Of a stretch of 52,316 nt of DNA, positions 40,559 to 48,469 are shown piece by piece; position 1 is the stretch's first letter; the number at the start of each line of letters is the position of its first letter. The notes beneath the pieces are model-generated. The model saw only the letters and a list, made by a program, of their open reading frames with translations. It ran no database searches and was not told where the DNA came from. A program made the translations under genes and the position numbers. Source of the stretch: an uncultured Deinococcaceae bacterium (GTDB lineage Bacteria > Deinococcota > Deinococci > Deinococcales > Deinococcaceae); assembly GCA_964252075.1 (NCBI GenBank), contig CAXULY010000040.1, forward strand, positions 1-52,316. Reading direction: 5' to 3'.

Positions 40559-41566
40559 TCAGCCCAGGGCGGCGTATGCCCGGTTCAGCCGCTCGCGCAA
40601 CCGGTCTTTCGTGGCGAGGTCAGCGAAGCTCGCGTCGAGGGCGGCGAGGTTGCAGCGCCACAGGTCGGCGGCGGTCCAGCCGAACGTGCCGATGAGCCGC
40701 GCGTACTCTGCGGAGAGCGTCGTGTCCGTGAGGGTGCGGGTGTCGGTGTTCACACCGACGGACAGGCCCGCGCGGTACAGCTGGTCCACCGGGTGCGACG
40801 CCAGGTTCTCGAACAGCCCGATCTGGATGTTGCAGGTCGGGCACACCTCCAGGTGGATGTGCGCGCGCCGCAGGTCTTCGAGCAGCGCCGGGTCCTGCGC
40901 GCTGTGCACGCCATGCCCGATCCGTGAGGGGCGCAGGTGGGTCAGGGCCTCGCGCACGCCCTCGGGGCCGCGCGCCTCGCCGGCGTGGACGGTGCGGGGC
41001 ACGCCGTGCCGCTCGGCCAGGGTGAAGGCCGCGACGTGCGCGTCCACAGGGAATCCCGCCTCGTCGCCCGCGAGGTCGAGGCCCACCACGCGCGTGCCCT
41101 GGAAGGCGAGCGCGAGTTCGGCGGTGCGCAGGCTCTGCGCCCCGTCGTGGTGGCGCAGGGCGCACAGCAGCACGCGCGCCTCGACCCCCGTTTCGGCCAC
41201 GGCGCGCTCCAGCGCGGCGTTCACGACGGCCACCACCGCCTCGGGGGTGAGGCCGCCCGCGAGGTGCTGCAGCGGCGCGAAGCGCAGCTCGGCGTACAGC
41301 ACGCCGTCGGCGCGGAGCTGACGCATCACGTCGTGCGTGGCGAGCGTGAGACCCTCCGCCGTCTGCAGCAGGGCCAGGCTGCGCTGGGTGCGCGACAGGA
41401 ACTCCGCGAGGCTCGCCACGCGTGGTGGGACGACGAAGGCGTCACGGTACGCGTCGAAGGTCAGGTCCGGTTCGAGGGAGCGCGCGGCGTCGAAGCTCAG
41501 GCAGCAGTCGAGGTGCAGGTGCAGTTCCACTTTCGGCCAACCGCGCACGTCGTCCGGGGTGGTCAT
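40559..41566 (-). CDS. add: adenosine deaminase family protein
   Basis: PKVELHLHLD, YAELRFAP, GLDLAGDE, HAGE, RIGHG, LEVCPT.N, NTD. Confidence 0.93.
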   Translation of the reverse strand: MTTPDDVRGWPKVELHLHLDCCLSFDAARSLEPDLTFDAYRDAFVVPPRVASLAEFLSRTQRSLALLQTAEGLTLATHDVMRQLRADGVLYAELRFAPLQHLAGGLTPEAVVAVVNAALERAVAETGVEARVLLCALRHHDGAQSLRTAELALAFQGTRVVGLDLAGDEAGFPVDAHVAAFTLAERHGVPRTVHAGEARGPEGVREALTHLRPSRIGHGVHSAQDPALLEDLRRAHIHLEVCPTCNIQIGLFENLASHPVDQLYRAGLSVGVNTDTRTLTDTTLSAEYARLIGTFGWTAADLWRCNLAALDASFADLATKDRLRERLNRAYAALG

Positions 41567-42498
41567 GCGTGCGCGCCGACGGCGCGGTGCAGCATCGCCA
41601 CGAAGCGCGCGCGGTCCGCCGCCAGCACCACGTTCACGTTCGGCGGTTCACGGAGGGTGTCGATGTGATCCACGACCGTCTGGCCGCGGGTCAGCTCGCC
41701 GCGCGTTTCGACGGCGACGTGCAGGCGCCGCTGCTCGGTGATGATGGACGGGTCGAGCGCAACGGCCATGGCGATGGGGTCCGGCAGGTCAAAGCCGTCG
41801 AGCGCGGTGTTCTCACGCGCCCAGCGGTCGAGGACCGCCTGGATGTCCACGCTGAAGTGCGCGAGGGGGGTGCCGATGGCGCGCAGGTCGCGGATGTCCT
41901 GCGGCGAGAACATCGCGTATTGCCAGGACACATCCCAGCCGATCATGGTGATGGGCAGGCCGCTCTCGAAGACGATCTTCGCGGCTTCGGGGTCCGCCCA
42001 GATGTTGTACTCCGCGACGGGCGTGATGTTGCCGTGCCGCTGCCCGGTGCCACCCATGACGAAGCAGTCCTTGACCTTGGTGGCGATGGTCGGGTCGCGC
42101 AGCAGCGCCGCAGCAATGTTGGTGAGGGGCGCGAGGGTCACGAGGGTGAGTTCGCCGGGCGAGGCGTTGATGAGGTCCACGATGACGTCCACGGCGTGTC
42201 CAGGCGCCGGGGTGCGGCCGGTCAGGGGGAGGCCGAGGTCGCCCATGCCGTCCTCGCCGTGGATGTGCTGCGCCGTTTCAAGCGGGCGCAGCAGGGGGCG
42301 CTCCAGTCCCTCATGCACAGGGGTGGTGGCGCCGCACAGCTCGACGGTGTACAGGGCGTTCTGGGCGCCCTGCCGCATGGGGACGTTCCCCGCCGCGATG
42401 GTGATGGCGTCAACCTGCACGTCCGGGTGCATGAGGGCCATGATGAGCGCGACGGCGTCATCGCTGCCGGTGTCCGTGTCGATGAGAAAGCGTCGCAT
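41563..42498 (-). CDS. nucleoside hydrolase (IU-NH family)
   Basis: DTDTGSDD, GNV, HGEDGMG, PLTN, MGG, GNITPVAEYNIWADPEAA; ATGA overlap with add. Confidence 0.95.
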   Translation of the reverse strand: MRRFLIDTDTGSDDAVALIMALMHPDVQVDAITIAAGNVPMRQGAQNALYTVELCGATTPVHEGLERPLLRPLETAQHIHGEDGMGDLGLPLTGRTPAPGHAVDVIVDLINASPGELTLVTLAPLTNIAAALLRDPTIATKVKDCFVMGGTGQRHGNITPVAEYNIWADPEAAKIVFESGLPITMIGWDVSWQYAMFSPQDIRDLRAIGTPLAHFSVDIQAVLDRWARENTALDGFDLPDPIAMAVALDPSIITEQRRLHVAVETRGELTRGQTVVDHIDTLREPPNVNVVLAADRARFVAMLHRAVGAHA

Positions 42499-42517
42499 GT
42501 CGTGCCTCCTGTCACGT

Positions 42518-42551
42518 GTACACTCCAGTCACACGTGTGACTGGAGTGTAC
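42518..42551. promoter_or_regulatory. perfect 34-bp palindrome (probable LacI operator with embedded -10)
   Basis: GTACACTCCAGTCACAC|GTGTGACTGGAGTGTAC with no spacer; TACACT on both strands. Confidence 0.85.
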
Positions 42552-42598
42552 GACAAATGCTGGGCGCGAGACCAACGGCGCCTGAATGACCCTGTCCC

Positions 42599-43600
42599 TC
42601 AGCGCGGCGGGCCGGTCGATGACCGCACGACCAACCCGGTGGGGACCCGCACGGTCGCGGGCCTCACGCTGCCATCCAGCAATGCCAGCAGCTGCCTCAC
42701 CGCCGCCGTACCCAGGCCCGCGGCGTCCGCCGCCACGGTCGTGAGCTCCGGGTCGAGCACGCGCGCGAGGTCCACATCATTGAAGCCCACCACCGACACG
42801 TCCTCCGGCACCCGCCATCCCAGCGAGCGCGCCGCGCGGTAGGCTCCCGCCGCCAGCAGGTCGTCATCGCACACGATGGCGGTCGGCGCATGCTCGAGCA
42901 GCAGTGCGCGCGCCGCCCCCTGCGCGGCGCACAGGTCAAAGGCACTGCCCGCGCTCGCCACGAAATCCAGCTGCGCTTCGCGCAGCACGCCACGCACCGC
43001 CTCGGCGCGCCTCGCGAACGTCCCATGACCCGAGTCGCCCGCGAGGCGCGCGATGCGGCGGTGACCCAGCCCCAGCAAATGACGGGCGGCCTCAACCGCG
43101 CCCTGCTCCACGTCCAGCAGCACACTCGCCACGCCCGCCGCCTCCAGCTCCATCAGCACCATGCGGCCGCGCCAAGCCACGAGTTCAGCGGCGCTCGGCG
43201 CGCTCCACAGCATCAGGCCCGCCACGGCCTGCCGGCTGAGCACCTCAATGAACCGCGATTGCGCGTCCGTTCCATCGTCCTCAGCGTCCACAAGAACCAC
43301 CGCGAAACCCGCGCGTCGCGCCTCGCGCGCCGCGCCCTGCAACAGGGGCGCGAAAAACGGGTTGGAGGCCTGCGGCACCACCAGCGCCAGGGCATCGGCG
43401 CGGCCCAGGCGCAGCGCGCGCGCCGCGGCGTTCGGACGGTACCCGAGGTCCGTCGCGGCCCGCCGCACCGCCTCTTGCACCGCGGGCGTCACGCGACCCT
43501 CACCTTTGCCGCCCAGCACCAGCGACACCGTCGAGCGGTCCACCCCCACAACGCGCGCTACGTCGGCGGCGGTGACGCGCGGCACGCGTGCTGAAGGCAT
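42599..43600 (-). CDS. LacI family transcriptional regulator
   Basis: VTAADVARVVGVDRSTVS, LGYRPNAAARAL, NPFF, HLLGLGHRRI, VPEDVSVVGFND; leaderless ATG after TAGGAT. Confidence 0.95.
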   Translation of the reverse strand: MPSARVPRVTAADVARVVGVDRSTVSLVLGGKGEGRVTPAVQEAVRRAATDLGYRPNAAARALRLGRADALALVVPQASNPFFAPLLQGAAREARRAGFAVVLVDAEDDGTDAQSRFIEVLSRQAVAGLMLWSAPSAAELVAWRGRMVLMELEAAGVASVLLDVEQGAVEAARHLLGLGHRRIARLAGDSGHGTFARRAEAVRGVLREAQLDFVASAGSAFDLCAAQGAARALLLEHAPTAIVCDDDLLAAGAYRAARSLGWRVPEDVSVVGFNDVDLARVLDPELTTVAADAAGLGTAAVRQLLALLDGSVRPATVRVPTGLVVRSSTGPPR

Positions 43601-43982
43601 CACCGCATCCTACCGAACCCAGCGCGCAGCAGCACGCCGATGCCGCTCATCTGCAACGGCGCCGCAACCGCCCCGTCTTCTAATGAAAGCCGACCAAGTC
43701 GTCGACGCCACTGGAGCGCACCCCTGGCGCCCTTCTCCAACCTCAAGGCTTGTGCAGTGGGAGAAGGGTCTACCTCAGGTCAGCAGCACCAATCTTGCGG
43801 TCATGCCCCTGTGAATCGGCCCGAGTCCAGCTGATGACTGGAAACGCGAGACTCCATCAACGCACTCCAAAACCTTCGCCTGATGCGTGGCGCACATCGG
43901 TTCCACTTGAGCAATGGATACTCGAACTCTCAAGTTGTGGAGATGCCCGCTCTGGTTGGCCACTACCAGGAACCACCTCTCC

Positions 43983-44558
43983 TCATTCCCCCACGATCCA
44001 GTTCACGAGCACCTTGAGCCGGTCTGGGGTGTGCTCTGGGGGCAGGCGCCCGGCGCGGGTGAGGGTGACCAGTCCGTGCAGCGCCGCCCAGCACACCTCC
44101 GTGTAGAGGCCCGGGGCGACCGCTCCAGCGACCTCACCCAGCGTGTCCAGCAGGGCCGTGAACGCCTCGCGCAGCGGGGCTGGCGTGTCTTCGTCCGCAT
44201 ACAGGAGGCCGTTGCTGAGGTTGAACATGCTGTCGTAGACGGCGGGGTGACGCTGGGCGAAGGCCATGTACGTGTCGGCCAGCGCGGCGACGGCGTGGCG
44301 TCCGGTGGTCCCGGCGGGAACGGCTTTGCGGATGGCGGCAGTGAGCTCGGTGCAGCCTTCGAGCGCGACCGCCCCGACGATCTCGGTTCTGCTGCGGAAG
44401 TGGCTATACAGCACCGGCTGGCTGTACTCGATGCTTTCGGCGAGCTTGCGGACCGTCACAGCGTCCCATCCCTCGGTTTCCGCGAGCCTGCGGGCGGCGG
44501 ACACGATCCTCTGGTGGCGGTCTGCGCGCTCGCGCTCCTTGCGTTGCTGGATGGCCAT
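43983..44558 (-). CDS. TetR family regulator (WHG-type)
   Basis: VTVRKLAESIEYSQPVLYSHF, WAALHG; leaderless after TAGAAT. Confidence 0.94.
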   Translation of the reverse strand: MAIQQRKERERADRHQRIVSAARRLAETEGWDAVTVRKLAESIEYSQPVLYSHFRSRTEIVGAVALEGCTELTAAIRKAVPAGTTGRHAVAALADTYMAFAQRHPAVYDSMFNLSNGLLYADEDTPAPLREAFTALLDTLGEVAGAVAPGLYTEVCWAALHGLVTLTRAGRLPPEHTPDRLKVLVNWIVGE

Positions 44559-44566
44559 ACCGATAT

Positions 44567-44632
44567 TCTAGCATTGCTTGACATTCTTGCAACGTTATAA
44601 ATAACATGGCTCTCGTAAATAGCAGCGCTAGA
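44567..44632. promoter_or_regulatory. two TAGCAnnGCT(A/T)GA dyad boxes, candidate TetR operators
   Basis: TCTAGCATTGCTTGA at 44567 and AATAGCAGCGCTAGA at 44618 in the divergent intergenic region. Confidence 0.65.
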
Positions 44633-44656
44633 AATCTTAGTTCAAGAGGAGGACGT

Positions 44657-45106
44657 ATGCAGGAGTCACTGGTGATCATCACAATCGTCCTGGTCGGCCT
44701 GATGGTCGGCGTGGAATTCGCGGTGGCCGCGTTCATCGAGCCGCTCTTCGATCGGCTGCCGGACACCGCTGCAATCACCGCCCGCAGCACCGGAGCCCGG
44801 GTGCTCGGCCGGCTGATGCCGTTCTGGTACATCGGGTCCGTCCTGCTCGCGGTGATCTGGACAGTCCAGGCCTGGGGTCACCCACAAGCGCGGACGGTCG
44901 CCCTGGCGGTCGCGTTGCTGCTGGTGAGCGTCGTGATGTCCGTCACGGTGCTGGTCCCCATCAACTCGCGGGTCGCCCGCTGGGCCTCGGAGGGCGTCCC
45001 GGCCGACTGGCGGCCGCAGGTGCGGCGCTGGAATGGCTTTCACTACGCCCGGGTGGGCATCATCATCGCCGCATTCGTACTCCTGGTGCTCGCCGGCGTG
45101 GCCTAG
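44657..45106 (+). CDS. DUF1772 (anthrone oxygenase-like) membrane protein
   Basis: GLMVGVEF, LGRLMPFWY, VPINSR, RRW..FH..R; GAGGAGG RBS. Confidence 0.9.
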   Translation: MQESLVIITIVLVGLMVGVEFAVAAFIEPLFDRLPDTAAITARSTGARVLGRLMPFWYIGSVLLAVIWTVQAWGHPQARTVALAVALLLVSVVMSVTVLVPINSRVARWASEGVPADWRPQVRRWNGFHYARVGIIIAAFVLLVLAGVA

Positions 45107-46056
45107 CGGCCCGAGGTGAAGCCACCTGTATCCACACAACCCCTGTTCGGCGCCTGGTGGCGCCGAACAGGGGCATGGCCAGCACCGAGATCCAGACGAA
45201 CGCCTTTGGCTGCAACAGACACGCGGACAAGGGCTTCGATTCAAAGAACCTTGCCCGATACGGGAAATAGGAGCGAGCGCTGGAGGCAGACACCCGCCGT
45301 CCCGAAGCCGAGGCGTTGCTCCAGCGCGCCCTCAACGACCGGCGCGGACCATACGCATCCGATATCGCCGCGCGGCTGAACGCGCCGGCCGTGCATTTCC
45401 TGCCTAGGGATCAGGGTGCACCGGACACGCTCTGCGGCGTCCGAGTATCCGCCACGCCCGCGGTCGCATCTAAGTCTGAAGTTATACGGTCTGGACCAAG
45501 GACTGTGCGTTGATGCGCCCCGGAACGAAGCCCAGCATGAGGCGGTGTCGGAAACCCTGCGCTGAACGCAGCGTCTGCACGCCCGCCTTTCCCAGAACAG
45601 ACGAGGGGCCCACAAGGCAATTCCTTGACGGCCAACCCGTCCCTCTCACTCCGTACCCGCGAGCGCTGGCGCAGGGCCGTCACGTCGGACGACCAGCGGC
45701 GTCCTGCACTTCGACCTGCTCGACCACACGGGGTGGCGCGTCGGTCACGCGGACGGCACCCACATCCCCCAGCGAGGCTTCAACTGAGCGACATCCGGGT
45801 CGTCGAGCGCCTGCACCAAACGTCGGCAAGCCAATTTCTGGTGCAAGCGCTGCTCGTGTCGCTCCCCGGGTTGGCGTGCGGCGGTTGGAGCCGTCCATCT
45901 GGTCCGAAGACCGCACGGGCCCCAGATGACTGGCGTGGTCCCGCGCGCATGACTTGTATGTCCTCCCAGGTGCTAAAAAGCCCGCCGTGCCCCCAGGTGT
46001 GATGACAGGCGTGAGGCCCGGACACCGGGGTGCCCCACCCTCACGGGTCGCGCTGA

Positions 46057-46974
46057 TCAGCTGACGCGGCGCGGCGGTTGCACGTACGCCACCGGACGCG
46101 GCACCAACTGCCGGATCAGGCGCACCCCCCATTCGGTGATGGGCGGTGGACGGTCCTTGCGCCACAGCAACCCGAATGACCAGATTGGGCCGTCCTCCAG
46201 GGAACGGGTCTGCAGGCCGGACCTCAGGGCGGTCTCGACCAGTGGGGCCGGGAGAAGGGCCACGCCCTCCCCCGCGGCCACCAACCCCGCGAACGCCGCC
46301 ACCCCCGTGCCCCGGTACACCACTTTGGGGGCCCGCCCCGTGGGTGAGATGGCCGTCAGGAGCGCCTGTCCCACCGCCGAGAACCTGGGCAGGAGCAGGC
46401 GGTCCGATCCCAGTCGAACCGCTGCCCCCTCAGCTCCCTGATTCAGCGGGTGCTGCTCGGGCAGCAGCACCTGGTATTGACCCTGAAGCAGCGGGTGAAA
46501 GCCAAGCTTTGGGCCGCTCCCCTCCCCGAACGCGAACGCGATGTCCAGCCGTTCGTTCAGCAGCGCCTGTTCCAGCTGGTCGTACGTCAACTCCTGAAGG
46601 TCGACGCTGGCTTCCGGGAAGCGCGCCCGGTAGGTGCTCAGCAGCGACGGCAGCGGTGGCACACTGCCGAATTCCGGGAACTCGAAGGCCACCCGCAGGG
46701 CCTGATCCTCCAGTCCACCTGCACGCCGCACACGGCGCACCGTCTGCTCCGCGGCGTCCAGCAGCCGCCGCGCTTCGTCCAGCGCCACCTCACCCGCGGG
46801 CGTCAGCGTCACGCCCCGGGCCGTGCGGAGGAACAACGACACCCCCAGGCCCTCTTCGAGCGCCCGCATCTGGTGGGACAGGCCCGGCTGCGAGAGGTGG
46901 ACGCGCTCTGCAGCACGGGTGAAGTTGCCTTCCTCGGCCACCGCCACGAACAGCCGCCATTGCCGGAGGTCCAT
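46057..46974 (-). CDS. LysR family transcriptional regulator
   Basis: MDLRQWRLFVAVAEEGNFTRAAERVHLSQPGLS..LF.R..R...LT.AG; leaderless after TACACT. Confidence 0.95.
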   Translation of the reverse strand: MDLRQWRLFVAVAEEGNFTRAAERVHLSQPGLSHQMRALEEGLGVSLFLRTARGVTLTPAGEVALDEARRLLDAAEQTVRRVRRAGGLEDQALRVAFEFPEFGSVPPLPSLLSTYRARFPEASVDLQELTYDQLEQALLNERLDIAFAFGEGSGPKLGFHPLLQGQYQVLLPEQHPLNQGAEGAAVRLGSDRLLLPRFSAVGQALLTAISPTGRAPKVVYRGTGVAAFAGLVAAGEGVALLPAPLVETALRSGLQTRSLEDGPIWSFGLLWRKDRPPPITEWGVRLIRQLVPRPVAYVQPPRRVS

Positions 46975-47182
46975 TCGCTGAGTGTAGCGTCCGAAGCCAT
47001 TCACTTTTCGAATGGCTCGGTGGTGGATTCGATTGGCTTTCCGCTCGCGGCGGCCCGACACTGAAGGCACGTCCGGACGCAGCGGTGAACACACCGCGCC
47101 CTACCAGAACGGCCCCCAAATGCAAACGACCGCGCCGGTCGTTTGAGGGTGTCGTTGTGGTCTGCCCGGACCAGGAGATGCC

Positions 47183-47614
47183 ATGTCCAACAAGAACCTC
47201 GCCTACCGATTTGCCGAGACCCTCACCGAACGCGACGAAGCAGGCTACGCCGCCCTGATCCACCCTGACTACATCAACCACAACGCCTTCGCCGCACCGG
47301 GAAAAGACGGCTCGGTGGGCGTGTTCTTCCAGGGGTTCGTGCCGGCCCTCCCCGACTTCCGCGTGACGGTCGAGGACGTGTTCGAGGACGGCGACACCCT
47401 CATCGGGCGCTTCAAGTACCGCGGGACCTTCACCCACCCGTTGATGGGCTACGCCCCCACGGGCCAGCCCCTGGAGATGCGTTCCATCGACATCTGGCGC
47501 ATCCGGGACGGGCTGTTCATCGAGCACTGGGATGAACTCAACACCCTGGAGGTCTTCGTGCAGATGGGGGCGGCCACCATGCACGCTCCCAGCACCCCAG
47601 AAGCCCAACCATAA
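47183..47614 (+). CDS. SnoaL-like ester cyclase (NTF2 fold)
   Basis: ALPDF, EDGD, GTFT..LMGYAPTG, IDIWR..DG...EHW; AGGAG RBS. Confidence 0.9.
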   Translation: MSNKNLAYRFAETLTERDEAGYAALIHPDYINHNAFAAPGKDGSVGVFFQGFVPALPDFRVTVEDVFEDGDTLIGRFKYRGTFTHPLMGYAPTGQPLEMRSIDIWRIRDGLFIEHWDELNTLEVFVQMGAATMHAPSTPEAQP

Positions 47615-47722
47615 ATCGGGAGAGTGACCATTCAGGTTCGCTGTCCCAGCCATCAGACCGACCGTGCGCCGCCCAGGCCAAACCACCGTCCACCCACCTC
47701 CCAGCCCAGAAGGAGCATGACC

Positions 47723-48181
47723 ATGCCCACCGCACAGAACCCCGACCGACTCGAAGCCAACAAGGCCCTCGTCCGCCGCTTTTACGAGCCTTTCAACACC
47801 GGCGACATGAGCACGTTCGACGACATTCTCTCGCCGGACTGGCAGGACCTGCCGCTTGCACCTGGACAGGGTGCCGGGCCGACGGGATTCAAGGGCACCG
47901 TGGCGGGTTTCCGCGAGGCCATTCCCGATTACCATCTCGGGAACGAGGGCCTCGTGGCGGAGGGCGATTGGGTGGCGGTGCGCTCCGTCGCGACGGGCAC
48001 CCACCAGGGCGCGTTCATGGGGATTCCAGCCACTGGGAAGCGCGTGACGCTTCGCAGCATGGACATGCACCGCATCGAGAACGGGAGGATCGTGGAAACC
48101 CATCACCTGGAAGACTTTCTGGAACTGCTGATGCAGCTGGGGGTCTTTCCACCCGCACGTCAGGCCCAAGCAGGCGGCTGA
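47723..48181 (+). CDS. SnoaL-like ester cyclase (NTF2 fold)
   Basis: EANKALVRRFY, AEGD.V, GTHQGAFMGIPATGK, HRIENGRIVE; start 47717 or 47723. Confidence 0.92.
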   Translation: MPTAQNPDRLEANKALVRRFYEPFNTGDMSTFDDILSPDWQDLPLAPGQGAGPTGFKGTVAGFREAIPDYHLGNEGLVAEGDWVAVRSVATGTHQGAFMGIPATGKRVTLRSMDMHRIENGRIVETHHLEDFLELLMQLGVFPPARQAQAGG

Positions 48182-48469
48182 TGCCGGCTCGTGCCCGGCG
48201 GGATCCCGCTGGAGGCGCGCAGCTCCACGCCGCTGCTGGCCGCCGTGAAAGAGGTCTTTCGGTGGCCGATGGTGGGCTCGGCGGTCGCTTGGCATGAGGA
48301 GCGCCTGTTGGAAGTAACGGCAGCGCACCACCCTCATCTGGACGTCCTGCATCCGCCTCTGTCTCCACAGGCCCGCCCTGGTGGTGGGGTCCGTGATGCA
48401 CCGGAGACCACTCATGAATCGATGCGCAGCGCCAGATGCGGCGCGATTCGGTATGGTGGAGCTGGTCCT

